A DNA stretch of 64,000 nucleotides from an uncultured Bacillales bacterium (GTDB lineage Bacteria; Bacillota_I; Bacilli_A; RF39; UBA660): NCBI GenBank assembly GCA_947564265.1, contig CANOBK010000003.1, positions 24,331-88,330 of the forward strand, written 5' to 3'. A program made the position numbers and the translations under genes. Of the stretch, positions 37,114 to 45,935 are shown piece by piece. The notes beneath the pieces are model-generated. The model made no database searches and was not told where the DNA came from. It saw only the letters and a program-made list of their open reading frames with translations. The first letter of the stretch is position 1, and each line of letters opens with the position of its first letter.

Positions 37114-39051
37114 ATGAATAATGAAGAAGAAAAGACTACACATTATGATGCTTCGGATATCCAAGTATTAGAAGGGTTAGAAGCTGTTCGTAAAAGACCA
37201 GGAATGTATATAGGTACTACTGATGTAAAAGGACTTCATCATTTAGTATGGGAAATTGTAGATAATGCAATCGATGAAGCTTTAGCAGGGTACTGTCATA
37301 ATATAGAACTTGTAATTAACAAGGATAATTCTATTACTGTAAAAGATGATGGGCGTGGAATTCCAACCGATGTTCATCCAAAGACAGGAATTTCTACTGT
37401 AGAAACTGTATATACGGTACTTCATGCAGGTGGAAAATTTGGTGGCGGAGGTTACAAAGTATCTGGAGGACTTCATGGAGTAGGTGCTTCCGTTGTTAAT
37501 GCTTTAAGTAAGTGGATTGAAGTTAATGTTTATAAGGATGGAAAAATTCACCATATTCGATTTGAAAATGGTGGACATACAACAGAGCCACTTCATGTAA
37601 TTGGAGAATGTTCTATGGATAGAACTGGTACAGTTGTAACATTTAAACCAGATCCAGAAATCTTTGATACTGATATTTATGACTATGAGACTTTAAAAAC
37701 TCGTGTTCGTGAACTTGCTTTCTTAAATCGTGGTCTTTCTATTAATATTAGAGATGATCGAGATATGGAAGATACAACTGGTGAAACCTTTTTATATGAA
37801 GGTGGAATCAGTGAGTATGTAAGGTTTATTAATCAAGAAAAAACACCAATTCATGAAGCAATTATCCACTTAGATGGTGAAAAAGATGGTGTATTTTTTG
37901 AAGTTGCTATGCAATATAATACGTCCTATAATTCCAATATTTATTCTTTTGTAAACAATATTAATACCCATGATGGTGGTACTCATGAGGATGGAGTAAA
38001 ACGTGCATTAACTAGGGTAATTAACAGTTATGCTAGAAAAAATAATATTTTAAAAGAAAAAGATGAGAACCTTAGAGAGGATGATGTTAAAGAAGGACTT
38101 ACTATGATTATTTCTTGTAAGCATCCAAATCCTCAATTTGAAGGACAAACTAAAGGAAGATTAGGAAATTCTGAGGTTAAAAATTTAGCAGATAGTGTCT
38201 TTGCCGAAGGATTTGAAAGATTCTTATTAGAAAATCCAGAGGAAGCTAGAATTGTAATTAATAAGGCAATTTTAGCTAGAAATGCTAGAATGGCAGCTAA
38301 AAAGGCAAGAGAGGCAACTAGAAAGAGTGATTTAGCAGTTACAAATTTCTTTGGTAAATTATCAGATTGTAAGAGTAAAGATCCTAGTGTTTCTGAGATA
38401 TTTATTGTCGAGGGGGATAGTGCAGGTGGTTCTGCGAAAAAGGGTAGAGACTCTATGACACAGGCTATTCTTCCATTAAGAGGTAAAATTTTAAATGTTG
38501 AAAAAGCTAGACTTGATAAGGCTTTAGGAAATGAAGAAATTAAGACTATTATTACCGCTTTTGGTACAGGAATTGGTGATTATTTTGATTTATCTAAACT
38601 AAGGTACGATAAGATCATTATCATGACCGATGCCGATGTTGATGGTTCTCATATTCGAGTATTATTATTAACTTTATTTTATCGCTTTTTTAGACCAATT
38701 GTGGAAGCAGGACATGTTTATGCAGCTCAACCTCCATTATTTAGAATTATGCATGGAAAAACTAGAAAATATGTTTTAAATCCAGAAGAACTTGATGATT
38801 ATTTGAATGCTCTTCCTGAAAATGTTCGGGCAAGGGCCGAAATTGCGCGAATGAAAGGTTTAGGAGAGATGGATGCAGAAGAGTTAAATGAAACAACCAT
38901 GGACATTGAAAAAAGAGTTTTAAGAAAGATAACAGTAGAAGATTGTGTAGCAGCAGATGCAATATTTGAAAAACTGATGGGTGATGAAGTAGAACCTAGA
39001 AGGAAGTTTATTGAAGAAAATGCTGGTTACGTAGAAAATCTTGATATTTAG
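37114..39051 (+). CDS. gyrB: DNA gyrase subunit B
   Basis: 645 aa. ..[24 protein letters not shown].., [22 protein letters not shown]. Confidence 0.98.
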   Translation: MNNEEEKTTHYDASDIQVLEGLEAVRKRPGMYIGTTDVKGLHHLVWEIVDNAIDEALAGYCHNIELVINKDNSITVKDDGRGIPTDVHPKTGISTVETVYTVLHAGGKFGGGGYKVSGGLHGVGASVVNALSKWIEVNVYKDGKIHHIRFENGGHTTEPLHVIGECSMDRTGTVVTFKPDPEIFDTDIYDYETLKTRVRELAFLNRGLSINIRDDRDMEDTTGETFLYEGGISEYVRFINQEKTPIHEAIIHLDGEKDGVFFEVAMQYNTSYNSNIYSFVNNINTHDGGTHEDGVKRALTRVINSYARKNNILKEKDENLREDDVKEGLTMIISCKHPNPQFEGQTKGRLGNSEVKNLADSVFAEGFERFLLENPEEARIVINKAILARNARMAAKKAREATRKSDLAVTNFFGKLSDCKSKDPSVSEIFIVEGDSAGGSAKKGRDSMTQAILPLRGKILNVEKARLDKALGNEEIKTIITAFGTGIGDYFDLSKLRYDKIIIMTDADVDGSHIRVLLLTLFYRFFRPIVEAGHVYAAQPPLFRIMHGKTRKYVLNPEELDDYLNALPENVRARAEIARMKGLGEMDAEELNETTMDIEKRVLRKITVEDCVAADAIFEKLMGDEVEPRRKFIEENAGYVENLDI

Positions 39052-39065
39052 GGTGGTGATGACTG

Positions 39066-41735
39066 ATGGATAATAATAGAGAAGATTTAGATGAATTATT
39101 AAATAGAGCAGAAATGGAAGACAATGAGTCAGGTGATTCAGAAGAGACTTCAGGTGGAGAAAATAATAGTTTAGCTAGCAGTAGTACTGAGAGTAATAAT
39201 AACGGTTTTAGTGGTTATTTTCATGAAAGAGATCGATTAGATCATAATAACATTGTTGATGAAGTAAAAACTTCATTTATGGAATATTCCATGAGTGTTA
39301 TCGCATCTCGTGCACTACCTGATTTAAGGGATGGTTTAAAGCCTGTTCATAGACGTATCCTTTGGTCTATGTTTGAATCTGGTTATACTCCTGATAAACC
39401 TCATAGAAAATGTGCAACAACGGTTGGATATGTAATGGGTCATTATCACCCACATGGAGATTCTTCAATCTATGAAGCAATGGTACGTTTAGCACAAGAT
39501 TTCAACCAAAGATATATGTTGGTTGATGGTCACGGAAACTTTGGTAATATTGAAGGAGACGGAGCTGCAGCAATGCGTTATACCGAATCAAGACTTGCCA
39601 AAATTTCTTTAGAGTTGTTAAGGGATATTAATAAAAATACTGTTGATATGGATGATAACTTCGATGTTACAATGAAGGAACCTAAAGTATTACCTTCTAG
39701 ATTCCCAAATGTTTTAGTAAATGGATCGATGGGAATTGCTGTTGGTATGGCTACGAATATTCCACCTCACAATTTAGGTGAAGTAATCGATGGATGTATC
39801 GCTTATATTGATAATCCTGAGATTGATACGATGGGCTTGATGGAATATATTAAGGGACCTGATTTTCCAACAGGTGGTATTATTTTAGGAAATTCTGGAA
39901 TTAAGAAAGCTTTTGAAACAGGTAGGGGAAGTATTACTATTCGAAGTAAGGCTGTGATTGAAGAGGTTGGAAATCATAGTAATATTGTGATTACTGAAGT
40001 TCCATATGGTGTAAATACAATGGAACTTAAGAATAAGGTTGCCGAACTTGTACATAATAAAGTAATTGAAGGAATCGCAGATTATCATACAGATTTAAAA
40101 GACGGAGTTAAGATTACAATTACTTTGAAGAAAGATGCAAATGCTCAAGTTGTATTAAATAACTTATATAAGCATACGAACTTTCAAATAAATTATGGAA
40201 TTATTTTCTTAGTACTTGATGGACAAACTCCAAGAACTCTTGGATTAAAGGATATTATTAGTAAATACATTGATCATCAAAAAGAAGTAATTATTAGAAG
40301 AACTAGATATGATTTAAATAAAGCGGAAGAAAGAGTACATATTTTAGAAGGTTTACGTATTGCCTTAGATAATATCGATGAAGTAGTTCGTATTATTAGA
40401 GCTGCTGATAGTGATGAAGAAGCTAGAAATAATTTGATGTCTAGATTCCAGTTAGATGAGATTCAAGCAAATAGTATTCTTGAAATGAGATTACGTAGAT
40501 TAACTGGTTTGGAGCGTAGTAAGGTCGAGAATGAATTAAATGACTTACTTGTTAAAATTGCAGATTATAAGGCCATTTTAGCCTCTGAACAACGAGTACT
40601 GGATATTATTAAGGAAGAAATGACAGAGATTAAGAAGAAATATGGTGATGATAGACGTACAAAAATTGATATGACAGCAATTGATTATATTGAAGATGAA
40701 TCTTTAATTCCTGTTGAAAACATTCTAATTACTCTTACAAATAAAGGATATATTAAGAGAATGTTAGTAGATACTTATCGTATTCAAAATCGTGGTGGTG
40801 TTGGTATTAAAGGTATGGCTACCAATGAAGAGGACTTTGTGGAAAAAATGCTAAATATGCAGACACATGATTATATTTTATTCTTTAGTAATAAAGGTAA
40901 AGTTTATCGTATGAAAGGATATGAAGTTCCAGAATATAGTCGTCAAAGTAAGGGGCTACCAATTATCAATCTATTACCTGTGGATAAAGATGAAAATATT
41001 AATTCAATCATTTGTTTGAATAAGGATGAAGAATATAAATATTTAACATTTATTACGAAAGATGGTATTGTTAAACGTACAAATTTAAGTGAGTTTGATA
41101 ATATCCGAAGCGGTGGAAAAATTGCTATTACTCTTAAGGAAGATGATGAACTAATATCTGTTCGTAAAACTACTGGTGAAAATGAAATTATTATTGGTGC
41201 TTCTAATGGTCGTATGGTACGTTTCATTGAAAACGAGATTCGTGTAATGGGTCGTACAGCATCTGGAGTTAAGGGAATAGAATTAAGTGGTGCTAAGGTT
41301 GTTGGTGGAGAAGTAATTAATAGTGATGAACAAGTATTAATTGTCACTGAAAAAGGTTATGGAAAGAAAACCCCAATTCAAGATTATAGATTAACGCACC
41401 GTGGTAGTAAGGGTGTTAAGGCATTGAATGTTACAGAGAAGAACGGAATGTTAGTTTCTTTAAAAGCTGTAACTGGTGATGAAGATTTAGTAATTATTAC
41501 TGATAGTGGAATTATCATGAGAATGTCTATGGATCAAATTTCAACTTTAGGTAGAGCAACTCAAGGTGTAAGATTAATTAAGTTGAAGGATGATCAGAAA
41601 GTGGCTACAGTAGCAACACTTATCAAAGAGGAAGAAACTGATGAAAAAATAGAAGTTCCTAATGTGGAGGAACACTCTATTATTGAAAACAATAATCAAG
41701 AAAATTTTAAATCTGATGATTCAGTAACTGATTAA
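39066..41735 (+). CDS. gyrA: DNA gyrase subunit A (with ~55-aa acidic/Ser-rich N-terminal extension)
   Basis: 889 aa. ..YSMSVIASRALPDLRDGLKPVHRRIL.., ..AAMRYTESRL.. (catalytic Tyr). GGGTGGTGA RBS lies before ATG 39066. Confidence 0.97.
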   Translation: MDNNREDLDELLNRAEMEDNESGDSEETSGGENNSLASSSTESNNNGFSGYFHERDRLDHNNIVDEVKTSFMEYSMSVIASRALPDLRDGLKPVHRRILWSMFESGYTPDKPHRKCATTVGYVMGHYHPHGDSSIYEAMVRLAQDFNQRYMLVDGHGNFGNIEGDGAAAMRYTESRLAKISLELLRDINKNTVDMDDNFDVTMKEPKVLPSRFPNVLVNGSMGIAVGMATNIPPHNLGEVIDGCIAYIDNPEIDTMGLMEYIKGPDFPTGGIILGNSGIKKAFETGRGSITIRSKAVIEEVGNHSNIVITEVPYGVNTMELKNKVAELVHNKVIEGIADYHTDLKDGVKITITLKKDANAQVVLNNLYKHTNFQINYGIIFLVLDGQTPRTLGLKDIISKYIDHQKEVIIRRTRYDLNKAEERVHILEGLRIALDNIDEVVRIIRAADSDEEARNNLMSRFQLDEIQANSILEMRLRRLTGLERSKVENELNDLLVKIADYKAILASEQRVLDIIKEEMTEIKKKYGDDRRTKIDMTAIDYIEDESLIPVENILITLTNKGYIKRMLVDTYRIQNRGGVGIKGMATNEEDFVEKMLNMQTHDYILFFSNKGKVYRMKGYEVPEYSRQSKGLPIINLLPVDKDENINSIICLNKDEEYKYLTFITKDGIVKRTNLSEFDNIRSGGKIAITLKEDDELISVRKTTGENEIIIGASNGRMVRFIENEIRVMGRTASGVKGIELSGAKVVGGEVINSDEQVLIVTEKGYGKKTPIQDYRLTHRGSKGVKALNVTEKNGMLVSLKAVTGDEDLVIITDSGIIMRMSMDQISTLGRATQGVRLIKLKDDQKVATVATLIKEEETDEKIEVPNVEEHSIIENNNQENFKSDDSVTD

Positions 41736-41752
41736 AATATCAATATAATAAG

Positions 41753-41779
41753 GACATTTCATTTAGAAGTGTCTTTTTT
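41753..41779 (+). terminator. rho-independent terminator after gyrA
   Basis: Stem GACATTTC (41753-41760) / GAAGTGTC (41766-41773, one G-U pair), followed by a T6 run. Confidence 0.6.
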
Positions 41780-41878
41780 AAATCAGTGAGTATGAGTATA
41801 TTTAAAAATTTAAATATGAAAATAATTATTCATGATTGAATGTAGGTTGTACTTAATATGAATTATATAAATTCAATA

Positions 41879-41912
41879 AAAAAAAACGACTATTAATTAG
41901 TCGTTTTTTTTT
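41879..41912. terminator. bidirectional rho-independent terminator
   Basis: A8 run, stem ACGACTA (41886-41892) / TAGTCGT (41898-41904), T9 run. It lies between the gyrA region and the convergent - strand ORF ending at 41919. Confidence 0.7.
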
Positions 41913-41918
41913 ATTCTA

Positions 41919-42200
41919 CTACATACGTCTTTCTACTTCTTGTTCTGATTGATTGTCAATATTTTCTATATTTTTTGCCATTTCTACTAAAGAAATTGAT
42001 TGCTCTGTTAAGTTTAACATTTCTTGAAAATTATCACTTAATATTTGACCAGTTACATCTAATTCCTTGACATCAAACATTAAACTAAAGATTGTTGCTT
42101 GTATTTCTTTTAACTTCTCAGCGGTTTGATTCATTTGTTTTTTTTCATCCATTTGATCCATCTGATTCATTATTTGATCCGTTTGGTCTATTTGATCCAT
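41919..42200 (-). CDS. hypothetical small acidic protein with MDQ/MNQ repeats (93 aa)
   Basis: Start set at ATG 42198-42200 (MDQIDQTDQIMNQMDQMDEKKQMNQ..), preceded by GAGGTGA. The C-terminal half is predicted helical. No recognised family. Confidence 0.55.
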   Translation of the reverse strand: MDQIDQTDQIMNQMDQMDEKKQMNQTAEKLKEIQATIFSLMFDVKELDVTGQILSDNFQEMLNLTEQSISLVEMAKNIENIDNQSEQEVERRM

Positions 42201-42374
42201 TTCATTCACCTCAGTTTTTATTATACTGTAACATATTGGAAAATTCAACATCTGTTTGAATTTTATATATATAAATATTGTTTAAATTTAATGAAGAAAA
42301 TGTAAATATCATATTAAATCATATTAGAAAAAATCATAACTATATTTATTTTAGTAATTATTTATTGTAAATAT

Positions 42375-42398
42375 AAATTATTTCCCGGGAAATAATTT
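42375..42398. promoter_or_regulatory. Noc-binding site (NBS) palindrome, copy 2
   Basis: Identical 24-mer AAATTATTTCCCGGGAAATAATTT, core 42379-42394. Confidence 0.75.
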
Positions 42399-42414
42399 AT
42401 AAATAATCTTTTAT

Positions 42415-42430
42415 AGTTTCACGTGAAACA
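42415..42430. promoter_or_regulatory. parS site (15/16)
   Basis: AGTTTCACGTGAAACA against the consensus TGTTTCACGTGAAACA. It begins 20 bp after the NBS copy 2 core. Confidence 0.8.
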
Positions 42431-42597
42431 TAGGTTCCTATATTTTAAAAATGTGAGTGTTATTAAGAAATTCTTATAGTATGTATAAGTTTTAAGTTAT
42501 TTTCACTACAAATTGACTAATTACTGTATAGTTTTAAATTTTTATAGTACCTATGAATTTATATGAAATTATGGTAAAATTATCTCGGTGGTTTAAT

Positions 42598-42945
42598 ATG
42601 AATTTATATGACAAATATTTTTTTTGTACTTTATTAACTATTATAATAACAAGAACATTTGTGTATTTGTTTAATAGACCTAGTCCAACCATAAAAGGTT
42701 TTAGGACGCATCACTGGATGTTTGGATTATTGTTATCAATCATACTTTTTTGTATATCAAGTTTTTATGTAAATATATATTTATTATCTATTAGTATGGG
42801 AATATTTTTAGATGAAATAGGATTTATTATAGTTCGAGGAAAAACTCATGAAGATAATTATAGTCCAAAATCTTTTATGATATTGATGTTTTTTATATTG
42901 CTTTTATTTATATTTAGAAAAAATATTGTTAATTTTTACTTATAA
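42598..42945 (+). CDS. hypothetical small membrane protein (115 aa)
   Basis: 3-4 predicted TM helices. Start set at the second ATGAATTTATATGA repeat (42598), which has a GGTGG RBS. Coding status is uncertain in this very AT-rich island. Confidence 0.4.
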   Translation: MNLYDKYFFCTLLTIIITRTFVYLFNRPSPTIKGFRTHHWMFGLLLSIILFCISSFYVNIYLLSISMGIFLDEIGFIIVRGKTHEDNYSPKSFMILMFFILLLFIFRKNIVNFYL

Positions 42946-43198
42946 TTATGAAAAATGTAAGTAGTATGTTTTAAAATTCAAAAAATAAAAATTTTATTTG
43001 CTACATGTTTCATACTACATAATAAGGGTAACATTGTATCTTATTATGACGAATACTTTAGTAACTATGTTACTAGTCTTGCCGATGGGTATATTTTATT
43101 ACTATGCCATTCATTATATTTTTTTTGAATATATTAGAACTTTCAAAAAAATTAATTATAGAAATTTACTACTGAAGGTAGAAATATAAGAAGTAATA

Positions 43199-43222
43199 AA
43201 ATTATTTCCCGGGAAATAATTT
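43199..43222. promoter_or_regulatory. Noc-binding site (NBS) palindrome, copy 3
   Basis: Identical 24-mer, core 43203-43218. Confidence 0.75.
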
Positions 43223-43258
43223 TAATAGAATATATAAAATAAACCTATTTTAACTAAA

Positions 43259-43274
43259 TGTTTCACGTGAAACA
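43259..43274. promoter_or_regulatory. parS site (16/16)
   Basis: TGTTTCACGTGAAACA is a perfect match to the palindromic parS consensus. It begins 40 bp after the NBS copy 3 core. Confidence 0.88.
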
Positions 43275-43317
43275 TAAAAAAGTATTGTTTTTTTGCATGA
43301 TTTATAATAAAATATAA

Positions 43318-43398
43318 ACGTGCAATAAATATTAATGGAACCAGGTCAGGATCGGAAGGTAGCAGCCTTAACATTTAATATTTATGTGCACTTTTTTT
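43318..43398 (+). ncRNA. ffs: signal recognition particle RNA, short 4.5S-like form
   Basis: CCAGGUCAGGAUCGGAAGGUAGCAGCC (43341-43367) matches the universal SRP domain IV (E. coli CCAGGUCAGGUCCGGAAGGAAGCAGCC) with a GGAA tetraloop. It is closed by a long A/U-rich helix (GTGCAATAAATATTAATG with CATTTAATATTTATGTGCAC) and followed by T7. It sits next to tadA/dnaX, like B. subtilis scr. Confidence 0.85.
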
Positions 43399-43413
43399 AT
43401 GGAAGTGATAAAT

Positions 43414-43854
43414 ATGTATGAAAAATATATGTTAGAAGCATTAAAGGAAGCAAAACTTGCTCTAAAAGAGGGAGAGGTTCCAATAGGTGCGGTATTAGTT
43501 TATGAAAATAAAATAATCGCTAAGTCACATAATACTCGGATTTCTGATAATTGCGTTTTAGGTCATGCAGAAATAAATGTACTGAAAGAGGCTAGTAAGA
43601 TATTGAATGACTGGAGATTAAAAAAATGTACTCTATATGTAACACTTTTACCATGTCCAATGTGTTCAGGTGCAATTAATCAAGCTAGAATTGATAGAGT
43701 AGTATGTGGTACTGTACCAAATAATTCAAATTATTCCTTAATTTATGAAATTTTAAATGACAATAACTATGGAAAGCCGGTAGAACTGTTTACTGGTGTT
43801 TTAGAGGAAGAATGCTCAGAATTATTAAAAAAATTTTTTTCAAAAAATAGGTAG
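43414..43854 (+). CDS. tadA: tRNA adenosine(34) deaminase TadA
   Basis: Start set at MYEKYMLEALKEA.., because the ORF-track start at 43384 lies inside the SRP RNA. Deaminase motifs GHAEINV and LLPCPMCSGA. Confidence 0.92.
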   Translation: MYEKYMLEALKEAKLALKEGEVPIGAVLVYENKIIAKSHNTRISDNCVLGHAEINVLKEASKILNDWRLKKCTLYVTLLPCPMCSGAINQARIDRVVCGTVPNNSNYSLIYEILNDNNYGKPVELFTGVLEEECSELLKKFFSKNR

Positions 43855-43913
43855 TAATTATCTAAAAAGTAAGATGTTATATGATATAATATTAGTAGTT
43901 TTGGAGGTGAATT

Positions 43914-45614
43914 ATGTCCTATCAAACATTTTACAGAAAGTATAGACCATCAGATTTGGATGATGTTTCTGGTCAACAATCAATTGTTAAAATTATTAGA
44001 AATTCTTTGAAGTTTAATCGAATTAATCACGCATATTTATTTTGTGGGCCAAGAGGAACTGGAAAAACAACAATGGCTAGAATTTTAGCTAAAAATGTGA
44101 ATTGTTTAGATCTTCAAGATGGGATGGCCTGTGGAAAATGTAAAAATTGTATTTCAATATTAAATGGAAACTGTCCAGATATAATTGAGATGGATGCTGC
44201 TTCTAATAACGGGATTGATGAAATTCGTGAAATTAGAAACAAAGTTTCTTTAGTACCAACTGAATTAAAATATAAAGTGTATGTAATAGATGAGGTACAT
44301 ATGTTGTCGATTGGTGCGTTTAATGCATTATTAAAAACTTTAGAAGAACCACCAGAACATGTAATCTTTATTTTAGCTACTACTGATATGCATAAAGTTC
44401 CAAATACTATTGTTTCTAGATGCCAATGTTTAGATTTTCATCGAGTAAGAGAAGAGGATATTATACATAGACTAAACCAAATAGTTGAAGCTGAAAAAAT
44501 TACGATTGAACCTGAAATTATAGAAAAAATAGCAAATTTATCAGATGGTGGTTTTCGAGATGCTATTGGTATGTTAGATAAATTAGTCTCTTATTCAAAT
44601 GAAAATATTACTATGATTGACTTTGAAGAACTGAATGGTATTGTTTCGCAGGACGAAAAAATACAGTTTTTAAAAATAATTGAGAAAAATGATATAAAGA
44701 AAGTGATTGAATTTATCGATAAAATCTATAATGGTGGAAAAGATTTGATTATATTTTCACAGGATCTTATGATTTTATGTAGAAATCTAATTATCGATTA
44801 CTACTCTTATGAAAAAACTGATTTCGATATTGAATTTCGATTACTTTTTGTGGAAAAATTAGATGAAATTATTCTTTCACTAAAAAATACTAATAATACT
44901 AGAATCATATTTGAAACTAAAATTTTATCATTTATATATCAAAAATCTAGTGTAAATAATTTCAATCCTATCGAAAATGAAAAAGTTTCACTAAATAATC
45001 AAGTTGATTTAGAAGATAAAGTAATTGAAAAAGAGGTTTTAAATTCTGATCAAAAGGTATCAATTGAAGAAGAAAATAATAGTGATGGTAGTATACAAGA
45101 AGAAAGCTTCTTAAAGAAAAATGAAATCATTATTAATAATTGCTTCTGCAATGCTTCTAAGCAAAAACTAAATTTTGTAAAAGAAAATTGGAAAAAATTG
45201 AATGATTATGCATTAGATAGCCATTATGGAGCGGTTGCTTGTTATCTTTCAGATGCAACTGTTCGAGCTGCAGCAGATCATGAAATAATTATAACTTTTG
45301 ATTATGAGTCTGTTGTTACAAGAGGATTTAAATTTAACTATCAAATTGAACAATTACTAAAAAAAATATTGGAAGATGATTACTATGTTGCGTATCTTAC
45401 TGATGAACAGTGGAATCGTGAAAAAAGTAAATATATAGAAAATAAAAATAATGGGATAAATTATACCTACCAAAATTTAGAAGATTTACTAAATCAAAAT
45501 ATTAAACAAGATGATAAGAAAACAAATATATTAGAAACAGTTCCTTCTGATGGTTCTATTGCTGGAGAGGCAATTAAACTGTTCGGGGAAAATATTGTAA
45601 GTGTAGATGAATAA
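43914..45614 (+). CDS. dnaX: DNA polymerase III subunit gamma/tau
   Basis: 566 aa. ..GPRGTGKTTMARILAK.., zinc module CGKCKNC, ..VYVIDEVHMLS.., SRCQ. Confidence 0.96.
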   Translation: MSYQTFYRKYRPSDLDDVSGQQSIVKIIRNSLKFNRINHAYLFCGPRGTGKTTMARILAKNVNCLDLQDGMACGKCKNCISILNGNCPDIIEMDAASNNGIDEIREIRNKVSLVPTELKYKVYVIDEVHMLSIGAFNALLKTLEEPPEHVIFILATTDMHKVPNTIVSRCQCLDFHRVREEDIIHRLNQIVEAEKITIEPEIIEKIANLSDGGFRDAIGMLDKLVSYSNENITMIDFEELNGIVSQDEKIQFLKIIEKNDIKKVIEFIDKIYNGGKDLIIFSQDLMILCRNLIIDYYSYEKTDFDIEFRLLFVEKLDEIILSLKNTNNTRIIFETKILSFIYQKSSVNNFNPIENEKVSLNNQVDLEDKVIEKEVLNSDQKVSIEEENNSDGSIQEESFLKKNEIIINNCFCNASKQKLNFVKENWKKLNDYALDSHYGAVACYLSDATVRAAADHEIIITFDYESVVTRGFKFNYQIEQLLKKILEDDYYVAYLTDEQWNREKSKYIENKNNGINYTYQNLEDLLNQNIKQDDKKTNILETVPSDGSIAGEAIKLFGENIVSVDE

Positions 45615-45637
45615 TAAAAATAAAGGAGAGATGAAAT

Positions 45638-45934
45638 ATGAACTTACAAGCACTAATGAAACAGGCACAAACGATGCAAAAAGATATGATGAAAGCTAAG
45701 GATGAAATAGATAAGACTATTTTTACGGGGGAAAATGGATTCGTTAAAGTTGAAGTGAAAGGAACAAAAGAAGTTATCAAAGTTGAAATTGATAATTCAG
45801 AACTAACTTCAGATGATATTGAATTCTTACAAGATATGATTGTAATTGCTATCAATGATGCATTTAAAAAAGTTGATCAGATGACAGAAGAAAAAATGGG
45901 AAAATTTGCTAACGCTATGCCAGGAATGTTCTAA
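45638..45934 (+). CDS. ybaB: YbaB/EbfC family nucleoid-associated protein
   Basis: 98 aa. MNLQALMKQAQTMQKDMMKAKDEI.., in the conserved dnaX-ybaB-recR order. Confidence 0.93.
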   Translation: MNLQALMKQAQTMQKDMMKAKDEIDKTIFTGENGFVKVEVKGTKEVIKVEIDNSELTSDDIEFLQDMIVIAINDAFKKVDQMTEEKMGKFANAMPGMF

Positions 45935-45935
45935 G

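Noticed and set aside
40943-41347. 134-aa - strand ORF antisense to gyrA. Similar antisense or alternate-frame ORFs from the track are 1087-1380, 1121-1360, 1457-1729, 2530-2712, 6592-6774, 6743-6967, 8102-8320, 10030-10221, 11169-11360, 11573-11779, 11826-12011, 12518-12712, 13076-13384, 14201-14419, 14511-14699, 15428-15634, 19125-19319, 19975-20238, 20497-21003, 21649-22052, 23462-23860, 25441-25683, 26860-27971, 29354-29611, 31426-31623, 33180-33362, 35218-35409, 37282-37476, 38762-38962, 39885-40088, 45574-46084, 46736-46993, 50319-50504, 51400-51612, 54177-54398, 61027-61257, 61703-61924 and 62084-62317.
   Set aside because: Each lies wholly inside, or largely overlaps, a well-supported conserved gene on the other strand or in another frame. 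They have low-complexity Ser/Leu/Ile/Phe-rich translations typical of shadow ORFs, no RBS and no recognisable motif.
42998-43189. 63-aa + strand ORF (TTG start) in the AT-rich island between the two NBS-parS dyads.
   Set aside because: It has a non-ATG start without an RBS and an Ile/Tyr/Leu-rich translation expected by chance in this composition. I cannot support it as a gene, although it is not excluded.
43914-45614. Looked for a programmed -1 frameshift signal (A AAA AAG plus hairpin) in dnaX.
   Set aside because: I saw only plain A-runs (for example A8 near 45358) with no AAAAAAG heptamer followed by a stem-loop, so there is no support for tau/gamma frameshifting.
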